A stretch of 64,000 nt of DNA from Eukaryota sp. GEM-RC1. Lineage: Eukaryota. The translations under genes were made by a program, and so were the position numbers. Positions within the stretch are counted from its first letter, which is position 1. Every line of letters starts with the position of its first letter. The notes beneath the pieces are model-generated. The model saw only the letters and a program-made list of their open reading frames with translations. It made no database searches and was not told the origin of the DNA. This document shows, in pieces, positions 47,801-60,992 of this stretch. The stretch covers positions 682,001 through 746,000 of the forward strand of contig JAUFOQ010000010.1 in assembly GCA_040285855.1 (NCBI GenBank). The letters run 5' to 3'.

Positions 47801-50800
47801 GCAAACGCAGCACCGTGAACTCTAACGCTCCTTCTCAACCCTCTTCATCAAACACTCCCTCATTTCATAAAAACAATTCTCACAATTCCCAATCAAAGTT
47901 CAAGAACCCGAGACTACCTACAACCAACAAACTTCATCTCACACGTTCCAAGTCTAATGCTACGAATTTTATCGAAGACACGCCCAATAACGAATCCCCT
48001 CAAGATGAATGTGTATCTTGCTCTGAAAGTCTCCCAATAGAATTCGACCTTGACCTGCCAAAGTTTCTCAATGCCCCTTATGCTCCTGATTGTGATACTT
48101 TCGCTATCTCTTCCAAGACTAACTCCCCTCCATCAAAGATAACCAAAATAGAAACATCTCCCTTTTTAAAAATGCAAGTGCTCATTAACAATAAGCCTTT
48201 TAACGCAACCATTGACTCAGCCTGTCAAACATCTTGTATTTCTTTAGATATTGCTCAAGCTTCCAAGTGTCAAATCACTCCCTCCAACGTTGCCTTTACA
48301 GTTGCTGATGGTAACAAAGTTAAATCCCAAGGCGATGCTCACTGTGTACTTACCTTTAACTTCGCTCGTACTCTCACCCCAAATCTTCATCTCAAATCTA
48401 AAATCCCCATCATTCCAGGTCAAAACCAATTCTTAGTTGGATGTGATATCTTGAAACAACTTGGCTTACTTTCTAGAGACTCCTTGATCATTCGACTCGA
48501 CAAGGAACACAAAAAATTCTCGACGCTGAAGCTTGTTTAGACGAATTCATCATTCCCCCGACCATCCCCTCTTCTCCAACCTCCGTAAACTCTCTAAGCT
48601 CCACTGATCTCAACCTATGCCGCATTGAGCTACCATCTGCTGAGAAGTCTATTCTCATAGACATTATGAACCAATTCAAAGAAGTCTTCGGTCCACCTGC
48701 TGCGGAAGGTATCGATTGTCCCCCTATGCCGATTCCATTTTACGATGAATCTTCAACCTGCTGGAAACCTCCCCGTCACCTTACCAAAGAAAAACTTAAA
48801 ATCGCAAACGACCAAATAGATGACTTAATATCTTGTGGATTCGCTGAGGAAGCTCCACCTAATTGCCCTTTCTCATCCCCTATTGTGCTCATTATTTACC
48901 CAGATGGAAAAAAGCCACACCTAACTGGCGATTACTCCGGCTCCCCCTGGCATAAACAGCCTAACCAGACCTCTTCAGGCCGACCTCCCGAAAATTTCTG
49001 ATGTTTCGCTTTTTCTTTCAAAAGCTAAATTCATCGCTACTCTAGACTTACCAAAGGCCTTCTGGCAACTTAACCTCAGACCAGAAGATTATCTCAAAAC
49101 AACTCTCCACATCCTTGGACGCAAATTCTTTTCAAACGAGCTGCCTTTGGTTTAAAAAACGTTCCTGCCTTTTTTCAGAACGTCATGGCTGAAATCTTCG
49201 CTATGGAAAACGTCTTTATTTATTTAGACGACATCATTGTTGCTTCAGACAACTTCGACAACTTTATCTCCACCCTCAAACGTATCTTTGAAAGTGCTTT
49301 AGTTCACCGCGTACGACTCGGTCTCGCAAAATGTACCTTCGTCACTGCAGACAAACCTGTGAAAATCCTCGGTGCCATTTTTGAGAATGGTACACGTAAG
49401 ATCGATCCTACCCGGATATCCTCCATCCTAAAACTACCAATGCCCAAAACTCTCGGTGAGCTGCGTAGCTTCGCAGGCTCTGTAAACTATCTCCGAGACT
49501 GGATCCCAAATCTTTCCTTCCTTCTTCAACCTCTAACCAAATTAACTCGCAAGGATCCCAAAGACAAACGAACCGTCTCTGCCAAGTGGTCTACGATTCA
49601 CACTGAAAACTTTATCAGAATCAAAGAACTCATCGCCGAAAGCACCACGCTTACCTTACCAGAACGTGATGCTAACATCATCATCTCGACAGACGCTTCT
49701 GATTGTGCCATCGCTGGTGTAGTATGGAAGAAATTAGATGCCCTACCGCCAACTGCCTCGCTTAAGGACCAGAAGCTTGAACCTATATCTTTTTTCAGCA
49801 AAACACTTTCTCCTACTCAACAAAATTGGCCCATAATTCAGAAGGCTCTTTGCGTTAGTCTGCACTCTAAATCAACCAAGTCTCTCCTTCTATCTCCTTA
49901 CTCAACATCTGACCATTTTCTGTGATCATAAAAACTTGGTTTACTTAATCAACCAACCGGATAAATCCAGAATTGTAACCAGATGGGTTGCTCTCTTAGC
50001 AAACTTTGATTTCGACATCGTTCACGTTGAAGGAGAGAACAATCTCTTTGCCGACTTACTTTCCAGGCTGACTCCAGCAAACACTAAAACACCCGCTGAC
50101 AATCCTTACTCATCCTCATATGATCCTACACTTGATACATCGTCTCCAGACACAGCATTTGTTTCCTCGGAAGACCCTGCTCATACAGACTTTGAATACG
50201 AACCTTCAATCTCCGACGATGACGCTGAAATTTGTTTTGACCTATTTTCCGTATCCTCTTCCAATGCCACCATCAACACTGACGCTTTGTCCCCTTTTTA
50301 CAATGTCTCCGAAAAACCCCCAAGCTTGATTGGTGCCCTCCCCCAATCTTACAACGACTCACTTCCCAGACGAAGCAAAACTGCTGATGTAACTTCTATG
50401 TGCCTCAGTAACATTGCCAGGGATCCTAGAGATTCGAGTCTTTCTCAAGTCGACGACTTAGTCGTTATGGCTCGCCCAGTTGTCCGAGATAGTGGAAGGG
50501 AACTCGACCCTGAGGCTACTTCTCATTTAAGGACACGCAATTCTGCTCAGCAGTTCGGGTTGAATCCGGGCTTGAGAAGTCTCAACTCTTTGGACTCCTA
50601 CATGGTACTTATTGAAAGCAACATAGGCTTTACATCTCAGGATACTCTTCCCTTCGGCTGGCATACCTCCCAAAAACTTTCCAAATTCTGTCAACACCCA
50701 AGACCACTCCGGTCTCTTGAAGAGAGGAATTCGTGGAACCTTCTATCTGACACCTTAAACATGTTAACCGAAGTGAACCACACCATCGACATGTACACCC

Positions 50801-52700
50801 AAGACAAGTTCACCGATCTCACTAGCATGAAACTCTACCGCTGTGAACTCCTAAAAGAATGCTGCATCTTACATAGTTTCCTAGCTGATAAAACAGAAGA
50901 CACATTCTTCATCCCCCCAGATTATTTCGAAGACTGCTTCCTTTTACCCGAAAACTGGCCACCCAAAACTCTACCACAAACTCCAAACATCTGCCCTGTA
51001 TACTCCATAACTTCCTCAGAAGCTGACAAATCCTGGGTTCATCGACTTAAAACCGCTCAACACCTAGAACTGGCTACGGACAAAGACGACATCCTCTGGA
51101 ATAGTGATCTTGATCTATTTACCAACACTGACAACAAAATAGTTGTTCCTCTCTCTCTTAAAAAAGAAGTACTATTAAACTTTCACGGATATGACCACGC
51201 TGGTCACGAACCGTACTCAATCTGCTCTAAAAAACTTCGAGACTCTGAATACTACTGGCCAGATATGGACAAAGACTTAGCCTTGCACATTAAATGTTGC
51301 CACAGCTGCCAGAAAACAGGTCCTGCAACTAAAGGTAAAGTACCGCACTCAGGTGCCCTTTTGCCAAAAAAACCCTTTGAATGCCTCCATCTAGATACTT
51401 TAGTCTTGCCCGAAGAATCCCTTGGCAACACTCGTGTAGTAGTGTTTGTCGACGCTTTTACTCGTTATACAGTACTAGCCGCAATCCCCAATGCCACCGC
51501 TCGAGAATGCGCTTTTGCTCTAATATCCTCGGTAGTATGTCACTACGGAATCCCAGCATCCATTCACTCTGATAATGGACCAGAATTTGCGAATAGAACT
51601 TTTGAAGAGCTCTGTGCCTTCCTGAACATATCCATGTCATACTCTCTCCCTCACCACCATGAATCAAACAGTCTCGTTGAACGAAGAAACCGAGAGATCA
51701 ATAAAGATCTTATCCGTAATCTACTTGACACTGGCAATCATCAGAACTGGTCTGCCCAAATTCCTCTTGTTCAGCTCCTCATCAACTCACAGAAACATTC
51801 TGTAACTAAGATGACACCTTTCTCTCTTATGTTTGGAACAAACTTAGACCCGAGAAGACCTCCTATGAGCCTTATCGAAGCTCTCAAAAGTCGTTCAAAA
51901 CCAAGTTCGAACACTAAACCTAACTTCGTCGACGAACTTGCTATCAAAACCAGTTCTCTGCTCATAAAATGGGAAGAAGCTGCAAGAAATCAACAGGCTC
52001 ATCTAAATTCTATCTTCAAACCCTCTCCTCTTCCTCCTTCTTTCAATGAAGGAGATGTTGTCCTCAGATTAGCTGAGAATCCGAAAAGACTCCATGGTGC
52101 ATGGCGTGGCCTCTTTCAAATAGTCAAAACTTACCCCAAAAGCTGATCATCAACTTACTTACTGGCAATAGGACTTCTTGCTCCACACGCTTACTTAAAC
52201 CTTTTCACACCACTTCTGTCAACCTTGACTATCTCAAAGCTGTCGCTGCTCTCGACAACCAAGAAGCTGTACTCGACGCCGTACTTGAGTACGATCACAA
52301 CAAAGGCTACTGCCTAGTCAGATGGAAAGATGAGTCAACAACATGGGAACCCCATCATTCCATATCTAAAACCGAAGCCTGGAAGAGTCTCATGGCTTCA
52401 CAAAATTAATCATTCAGCAAAGAATTCAATGGTATTGCTTGATCATGAGAGATCAAGCAACGAGAGAAAAAACCAGTGTTATGTAAAGTAGAATTATAGT
52501 TTTCATTCTTTGCTTTTTCTAGCTACAATAAACCTTTGTTAGCTTTACTAGCATCACAGCTGCACAAAGTTTTTTAACTTCCTTTGGTAAATTGTGTTCT
52601 GAGGATGGTAAAGTTTTCAATGAAAATTTTTGGTTGAATAGGTTAACGTTTGCGTTGTTTCGTTCAATGCACAGATATTTAATTCAATTTTAGGTAAGTT
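44816..52700 (+). mobile_element. 5'-truncated RLE-type (CRE-like) non-LTR retrotransposon, split by an LTR element at 46642-52556
   Basis: RT motifs VDYKNAFN, GVKQGDPL and YSDD; knuckle CLCG..HLVNC; RGD..D..EKGK endonuclease. Coding resumes at 52561 and matches the uninterrupted copy near 62210. Confidence 0.85.
46642..52556 (+). mobile_element. Ty3/Gypsy chromovirus-like LTR retrotransposon (gag, protease, RT, RNase H, integrase, chromodomain; frameshifted)
   Basis: Identical 80-bp LTRs (46642-46721 and 52477-52556; TG..CA) and CAGC TSD. CCHC knuckle across a frameshift near 47765, protease IDSA, YLDD, TDASD, HSDNG, and chromodomain YCLVRWKDESTTWEP. Confidence 0.95.
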
Positions 52701-53228
52701 GTTCGGTGATGGACAGAAGGATCATAATTTAGATACTTTAGTTAGTGTCTGTTAGTTATTAACTTCTGCAAATGCATTTATTTCACTGACTGATCATAAA
52801 CCCCGTTGTTTTTTAATATATGTTTTCCGAAATTTTTTCCAAGTATGTTGCACGATAAGTGAATCTATTCATATAATAAAGATCATACAGCTAGTTAACG
52901 ACATATTGCTTGTTGTAAAATATATTTACAACGTCCGTATATTATATAATGGTATTAACGATGCAACGTATGTGTTGTTCGTACCATATGACCCTTTTTT
53001 AAGGTATAGCAGATTTGAGACTGTGTTCTCATTAAGAACTCTCGAGTTAAAATGCAGAATTTCAGGTCTTTTCAGGTTTTACATCAGGGCGTGTTAAATA
53101 AGTGCTGCAAATATTCTAAATGTGATTAATACTGCTAAGATAACACTTTTATGACAAGGAACGATTGAGATCGCTTCAAAATTGCCGTTGATATGATGTT
53201 CAAAATTAAGAAAAAAGGCAGCAGACAT

Positions 53229-53468
<240 letters not shown>

Positions 53469-53719
53469 TTAAGAATTTGAGATTTTAAATTTGGAATCCT
53501 CTTCCCACAACATTTCTGACGCAATAATGGATATAGGAAAGTATACACGTGCGTATAAATACACATTTCTCTTCAGTATGCCGCTAGAGACGTTAGATTT
53601 GAATTGTTTGGAGCTTGTGGATATCAAGCAGATCATTCTGCATTCAAGGAGATACACAAGAATTTCTGTTAAACTCAAATCAGTTAAACTTTGCTGATGT
53701 TACCACAGTAGTTCCTTAT

Positions 53720-55048
53720 CAGACCTTGGAATCGGCTTTTTCATCTCAAATCCGATCCGATCAAATCTGACTGATCGAAATGTGAATCCGATCTGGATCC
53801 TGGTGTTCAATATCGGCATCTGATCCGAAAGATCCGATCAGATTGAGCTTTTTTAATCTAATACATAGTGTTGCACGAAACGTGTGAAAATTCTTGTGGA
53901 AACGCGTTTCCCTTTCCGAAACGTCATTTTATGGTTCTACATCTCAATTTTTCTCCACAAACATTCTCTCTTCGAAAAAATTCCGTTTAATGGGTATATT
54001 TGATTTTTATCAGTTCTTTGTTGTACGTGCAGGTGTTATACATGTTGTTATGGATTGCAATTCTCAATGTTGAGAAATTGAGAGAGAAAATTGGATCACA
54101 AACTACAGTTATGCCTGTAAGTGTTTTCGTTTTAGTGGTTTGCTACTGTGCATCCAATTTTATTGGCAACAATCATATAAAGAGTATTAAAGTTCAATAA
54201 ACGGAACATACTTTTCAACAAGTTTACGGGAATCGTCAAGTTTTGAAAACGTTTATTCACGTTTCGGATGCGTTTCCTGTGATGACGTTTCTGAAACGTC
54301 TCGGAAACGGAAACCTTGGAAACGCCGAAACGTTTCGTGCAACACTACTAATACATTTCATTGAGTCTGTTTTAGTTCTGCACTTATCTTACGGTTTTGT
54401 TCCATAAAGAAATGACGTCCTTTAAACTTTTTGTACTAGAAGGCAGGATAACAGAATTCTACAATGTTTTATTAGTCAAAAAGTAACATTAATTGCCATA
54501 TTCGGAGAAAAGTCTATCATCAGCCATAAGTCCCGGTTTTGTTCACGAATCGAAACCAATACTTGAATTGTGTCATATTTGAGAGATTCTCTATTTTGGA
54601 CACAATTAACCCAGCACAGGAAAAGAGTTTTTCACATGATACAAATGATGCCTGAACAAAAATCAAAGAAGATTCGAGCAAGCGTGGTATAAGTGTTTTC
54701 ATTTCGCTTCCACCAAATTACTTAGGAAGGAGTCATGTTCAACAGTCGGATTTTCAAATCAATCGTTTTAAATACATGTATCGTATAATATCAGTAAAGA
54801 AACAAAGTTTATGATCAATACAGTGAAATTCAGTATTTGATTTTGTGAAAATAAAAACTAAATGACGCCAATTAATGTATCTATATTAGTATTAGTAAAG
54901 TGATCAGATGTATTTGGCGTCCACAACAATACCAAAATCAGTAAAAATGCGATCCGAATCCAAATCCGAACAATACCAAGAAAATCGCTCCGAACCGAGA
55001 AATCCGATCGTATTATTCGGTCTGAAGTTGATCGAATTCCAAGGTCTA
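53720..55048 (-). mobile_element. Non-autonomous hAT element with dimerisation-domain remnant
   Basis: TIRs (C/T)AGACCTTGGAAT, near-identical 8-bp flanks TTCCTTAT/TTTCTTAT, ATCCG subterminal repeats, and ASFVSCEKLFSCAG at ~54610-54655. Confidence 0.75.
53866..54347. mobile_element. hAT-type MITE nested in 53720-55048
   Basis: 18-bp TIRs (TAGTGTTGCACGAAACGT), 8-bp TSD CTAATACA, GAAACG repeats. Confidence 0.9.
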
Positions 55049-55791
55049 TTTCTTATCCACTGACTTTTGTTAGCACTCTGACTTTCGAGCGGTTATATCA
55101 ATTAGTGAAAGCCAAACAACTTCAAATTGATTTACATTTTGGTTTAGTGACAGAAATCAATCAATCTTTTTTATGCATAGTAGTCATTTTTGTTCCACGA
55201 ACTGTTGTTTGAGATAAGATAATGTGCCGGAATAGATATGTTGTTAACAAAATCTGTGAATGAATACACAAACATAGTATGTAGCAACCACCTCTTGCCT
55301 TAAGTTAGGCCAGCCCTTAGACGAATCCTTCGTTAAAGAATCCAAGTACAAATTTACATTAGTGTTCTGATTCAACTCTCTAGTCAATCGACTCTTCAAG
55401 TCCTATTAGAAAACACATTCATGATCAACTAAAGAGTATTAAGCATAGGTTTAAATGCTTCAAAAAGTGAAAGTAAACGTTCTTTTCAAACATTTCTTCA
55501 GACTTGTGGATGAATGTATCAATTTCAAAATCCCGTTCTCCTGATACACCATTCATGAGTTTATCATTTACCATGCAGAAATGTGGACCTCACATTGGGA
55601 TCATGAAAACCTCAATGATTCGGCAAATACATTAACTCAACATTAGCTATCAGTTGTGGGTTGAAGATAGTGTCTCAATCACAAGTAGTTAATGGTTGTA
55701 TTATGATTGAAACAGACATCAAAACTCTGAATCCAACGATCAGCTTAAATCTATCAAGTTTCTAGTTAATTTTTTGAAGAGCAATTATGTC

Positions 55792-56697
55792 TAGACCTGT
55801 GCAATCGACTCAGATAGTCGACTAAGTCGACTCCCCCTACATCAGTCGACTCAAGTCATTTATTACGTTGCATGAAATTACCCTACACGTGGTTTATAGA
55901 TATTATCTTCATAAATTAGTACAAGAAAGAATACTAAAACAACACCAATTGACTTTCAACTTTGTGGTTAAATAGTTGAGTGTAAAGTACAGACACCGTT
56001 ACTACATGTAGTGCTCAATTGATTTTTGTTAAACCAGTTTCTTTTTTTTATATAAGGCACAGTTTATGGAATAAAAACACTAAAATAAACACAAATACTA
56101 GAACTCAATATCATTAAAGCAACAATCATTGCCATTAAAACTCACATCAGCTTTTTTCTTCATAAAAAACACAGTTTCTTGTTTCTGCTCTTTGAGTGTT
56201 TACCTCCAACAAAGACCTGTAGAATTCAGCTCTTTCTCCAGATGAGGAATCTACTCTAAATCAATGCCTAGAACTGCTTAAACCGTTATTCGCTGTCACT
56301 GAAGCTATTTCGGGAGAATCGTACCCCACCATGAGTTTTCTTGTTCTTTGAGTGACGAAAATATTAGAGCATCTGTATGTTTGCAGTCATGGAGCATCTT
56401 TCTTGGTGATGAATTTGTGTTATAGCTACTTCTGTACTTATAGACTTTATTTGTGATGATATACTAATAGCTTTTCTTGTTTCTTGTTATAAAAATGTCC
56501 TGCATTTTGCCCGTTTTTTAGACAAATAACTTTCAATAATTGGGCTATAGTTACTGTGCTACTCAATAGTCGACTCGAGTCGACTCAGATAAATATTTAG
56601 TCGAGTCGAGTCGACTACACGATTCGTAGAGCCGAGTCGAGTCGACTCAGATAAATTTCTAGTCGAGTCGAGTTGAGTCGAGTCGTGCACAGGTCTA
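55792..56697 (+). mobile_element. Non-autonomous hAT element
   Basis: TIRs TAGACCTGTGCA, 8-bp TSD ATTATGTC, GTCGA subterminal arrays, remnant ELLKPLFAVTEAISGESYPT. Confidence 0.88.
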
Positions 56698-57346
56698 ATT
56701 ATGTCTATTACACTTGACACAAACACAGTACTTAAGTTGTACTGGGCCAACAAATTGTGATACATCCCACATCAATTTGATCAAAACGAACAAATGATTG
56801 ACCTAAATTCATTTCTATTTCCATTGTTTATGAGAACCATGTGCATAATGGAATTTGATAATAATGTCAAATAGAGAATTCCCGACAATCCACTTATGTT
56901 AAACCAACGGAATGCTCAATTACGAGTTCAAATGCCATCATAACGTATGTCAACAACTAACACAGTTGACTACCTCATTTTGGACAGAAATTATAACTGT
57001 CCACGCACTAAAGATTCTAGGAAACTACATCGTTTGAATGAAAACAAATTTTGAAATTTTGAAGCGGTCTAAATTGTCATGTTTTGAACAAGCATCCACT
57101 ACGCAATAGTTATAATATAACACCAACAACTGTAATTATTTTCACCATAAAAATTTGAGTAGTTTTTTGTTTGTATTCATATTTGTTGCACTTGTTAATA
57201 AGAAGTACTTAGCTTGACCATATAATTACTACATTGTAGTACATCTTCTATGACTTAGATATTGCAGCTGGTACTAATTTAAAATTGTTTAAAGATCCAC
57301 ATCAAAAGTGAAAACTTCGAGAACTTATGATTACCGAAAAGGTCTA

Positions 57347-57881
57347 TTTTCATAGAAAGTTTGGTGGACGGTTACCTTTTTGGGTAGCGAATACAGTTTC
57401 GTCTTCTTCTTTTAATATTAAAGATATTCTACATTTGTAGTGGGGTTAATAAAAGACGTTTTGTTTGAATTCCAACAAAAATGTTACATGTATGAACCTT
57501 GAAATATCATATTATCAATTTCTTCAGTATCAATGTATCTGCTAATAATCCCTCACCTTTAACTCCAGCAGAGTTGATGTAATAATTACTTGTAACTGAA
57601 ACAAGACATTGATAACGTCTCCATATTAAAATAGATACATCTGTCCAGTTAATGTTGTTGTCCAAATCGACACTTGTCACAGATACAAAAATTTCCATCA
57701 ACGCAATGTAAACATTCACAGAAAACATGATGTATTTCTGATTCAAACTTATTTGAAGATCCACACATCTCCGTTTCATATTCTGTCAACTTTTATAGTA
57801 AACATCAACAAAACATTTCAGTTAAAACATTTTACTTTATTCGGTACCCAATAGGGTAACCGTCCTACAAAACTATGAAAT
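57347..57881. mobile_element. Possible TIR element with ~45-bp imperfect inverted repeats
   Basis: TTTCATAG..GGACGGTTACC..TTGGGTA(G/C)CGAAT is inverted at 57839-57881; no TSD found. Confidence 0.45.
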
Positions 57882-58265
57882 TGTAAAAACAGACAAATAA
57901 TATTTAGATTAAATCCAAACGACTTCTTCACCACCCTGTAAAAGATTACGTTTTTCAACATTAACATTCACACCAAACTTGTACAATTTCTCAATTAATC
58001 ATTAAGTTAAATGATTTAATCAAATAGAATACAGTCATGTTTCAAATCAACGTCATTCAGTGATTAGTTTTGATCTACAAATACTTCATCTCACCAAAAA
58101 ATAATACCGATTCTCATTATTTATTTAAAAAATTAAAAACACCTCCACACAAAACTTCACGTTAACGCCCAAATGATGTATAATGCATTCAATGAAAAAG
58201 TTGAATTAGTACCAAATTGACTACCAACCGACTTTGTTTACAAACTGAACAGCAAAAACTGTTTC

Positions 58266-60008
58266 TTACTTTAGAAATAGATAAAGGCATACAACAGCAC
58301 ATAGAGAAAAAAACACCAACTTGAAATTAATAAATGAGGCAAACGATTGTTTAACACGTAGATCATTAGAACTACTTAGACCAGCACTCTTTTGGGACTT
58401 ATTTGAATTCTGATTGTTTTGGTTTCTCTTATCAATTTGACGACATTCATTAAGTTTGAACAGTGCACCAGGATGACCTAGAGCAGCAGCCTTTTGGAAC
58501 CAGTAGATAGCTTGTCTTGGGTCTTGTTGAATTCCTTCGCCACGTTGGTAGCATATGCCAAGTCTGAACATTGCACCTGAATGATTCAAATCAGCAGCCT
58601 TTTGAAACCAAACAACTGCTTGTGACTGATTTTTCTGGATACCATTACCGTGTTGACAACATTCACCAAGACTAAACATTGCACCTGAATGATTCAAATC
58701 AGCAGCCTTTTGAAACCAATCAACGGCTTGTGATTGGTTTTTCTGGATGCCATAACCGTGTTGACAACATTCACCAAGACTAAACATTGCACCTGAATGA
58801 TTCAAATCAGCAGCCTTTTGAAACCAAACAACTGCTTGTGACTGATTTTTCTGGATACCATTACCGTGTTGACAACATTCACCAAGACTAAACATTGCAC
58901 CTGAATGATTCAAATCAGCAGCCTTTTGAAACCAATCAACGGCTTGTGATTGGTTTTTCTGGATGACATAACCGTGTTGACAACATTCACCAAGACTAAA
59001 CATTGCACCTGAATGATTCAAATCAGCAGCCTTTTGAAACCAAACAACTGCTTGTGACTGATTTTTCTGGATACCATTACCGTGTTGACAACATTCACCA
59101 AGACTAAACATTGCATTAGAGTTCTTCCAAGCAGCAGCCTTTTCGAACCAATACACAGCTTTCGAATGATCTGGTTCTAAACCATGTCCATGAATATAAC
59201 AATCACCAAGTCTAAAAAAAGCCCCAGAATGGCCTAAACGAGCAGCTTCTTGGAACCAATACAGAGCTTTCGAGTAGTCCTTTGGAACACCTTCCCCATT
59301 TTTGAACCATAAACCAAGAGTCAGCATAGCAGATGAGTTTTCCAAAGCAATGGCCTTTCGCAACCAATAGAGACCTTTGCAATGGTCTTCTAAAGCAGCA
59401 TTTAACTGGCCTAGAAGAAACATGGACTTAGAATCATTTAGAGCAGCTGCCGTATGAAGCCAAAACATGACACGTGGCAAAGTACTATCAGCATTTTCCT
59501 TTGACAAGCAAAATACGCAAGCAAGCATACGCATTGACTCAATGTTACCTAAACAAGCAGCTTTGTGAAACCAATCCATAGCCTGAATTACGTCTCGTTC
59601 AACTCCAACTCCCCAAAAATAACAAAAAGCAAGGAAATCCATGCCCTCCGCATGACCAAAATCCGCAGCTTTCTGGAACCATTCTACTGCTCTTGATGAA
59701 TTTTGCTGGATTTCATCCCCATGCAAATACCGTAGACCAAGAAGGAACATCGGATGAGAGTTACGTAGATCAGAGAGATTCTTCTTCACCAAATCACCAA
59801 AAGTAAGAACAGCGTCACAAAGAGTTTCACATGATACCACATCAGACAGAGCAGCCTCGGAGTGGCAAATCGGGCAGATATTATTATCTTTAAGACATTT
59901 GGTGATACACGAAAGACAGAAGCAGTGTCCACAGGGAAGTGTACCAGCATCTTGAAAGAAAGAGTTGGTTTGACAGATTCGGCATTCGACTTTAAGTGTG
60001 GTTGTCAT
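58266..60008 (-). CDS. RING finger + SEL1-like repeats + C-terminal transmembrane helix
   Basis: C3HC4 RING (CRIC..CGHCFCLSC..CPIC), about twelve 36-aa SEL1 repeats and a hydrophobic tail; first ATG at 60008. Confidence 0.9.
   Translation of the reverse strand: MTTTLKVECRICQTNSFFQDAGTLPCGHCFCLSCITKCLKDNNICPICHSEAALSDVVSCETLCDAVLTFGDLVKKNLSDLRNSHPMFLLGLRYLHGDEIQQNSSRAVEWFQKAADFGHAEGMDFLAFCYFWGVGVERDVIQAMDWFHKAACLGNIESMRMLACVFCLSKENADSTLPRVMFWLHTAAALNDSKSMFLLGQLNAALEDHCKGLYWLRKAIALENSSAMLTLGLWFKNGEGVPKDYSKALYWFQEAARLGHSGAFFRLGDCYIHGHGLEPDHSKAVYWFEKAAAWKNSNAMFSLGECCQHGNGIQKNQSQAVVWFQKAADLNHSGAMFSLGECCQHGYVIQKNQSQAVDWFQKAADLNHSGAMFSLGECCQHGNGIQKNQSQAVVWFQKAADLNHSGAMFSLGECCQHGYGIQKNQSQAVDWFQKAADLNHSGAMFSLGECCQHGNGIQKNQSQAVVWFQKAADLNHSGAMFRLGICYQRGEGIQQDPRQAIYWFQKAAALGHPGALFKLNECRQIDKRNQNNQNSNKSQKSAGLSSSNDLRVKQSFASFINFKLVFFSLCAVVCLYLFLK
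58560..59115 (-). repeat. Five near-identical 108-bp SEL1 repeats alternating A-B-A-B-A
   Basis: GNGIQ..AVVW units alternate with GY(V/G)IQ..AVDW units. Confidence 0.9.
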
Positions 60009-60992
60009 CAAGACGTGCAAATTTTTTTGAAGAGAAGATACGATGTTTCATTCTTCTGAGAGGTGAAATAGATATCATATTCATTGTTTGGTTATTGCTG
60101 AAGAAGTAGAAGAAGTGCATTACGACTCGGTAGCAGTGATCCTTAAAGTATAAGCAAATTCCTTAAATTCTACATTAAATTATGGGTTTAGTTTGTCTAG
60201 AACAAGAACTGAGATCATACCATTCGTATATTTGTTCTCAAAATCATAGTCAAAATTCATAAGTATTTCTAACACCACAATCCTCTTATTTTCGTTTTGG
60301 AAGTACATCGAAAATCAAATTGGTCGATATTTCCTTGAAGTTCTGAAAATTCAAACCTTTGATAGTCATCCAAATGGTCATTTTTGATACAAAAGATCGG
60401 TGTAACCGTTCCACTACTTAATCCAACTGAAAATTATGGGTTGACAGTGCTTGCACTTGCAGCAGTTAGTAGAGGTTACAGAATGGATCCTGGGAGAGAG
60501 TTATACGGTGACGTGATGAAGTGGTTGTTGAGATCGTCTTGTTTACGCAAATGTATATCTATTACGCAATTTTTAATCGGTTAATATTTTTTGCATTTTA
60601 GTGGAAACTTTTCTTTATGTAAAACAATTGTTTGCACCGTATCGCAATTATGGCAATTCCATAAATACCCTGTTTTTAGTTTGCGGTTCAACTGATACTG
60701 TTGAAAAGGGACACTTCAATTCTCGTTCATCAGTTCAAACCTCAATTGTATTCTACATTGTAAAATTATGACATTATTACATAGACACTCTATATTGAGG
60801 TAGTGGTAGTGTTTCATATCAGACTTACATTCAATTCATCAATTTGTTATGCAGCTTTTCTAATTCATTGATAAGTAATTCAAAACAGAAACAACGTAAC
60901 AACTTTGAAAGAGACATCAAAGGTTTTGGAATCAGTGGACGCTGCCATCTGAGACACCCAAACACGTACTACGGGCATTAACATGTTAGAGG

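Noticed and set aside
56559..56765. ORF with STRL repeats
   Set aside because: It is a translation of the GTCGA subterminal repeats of a hAT element.
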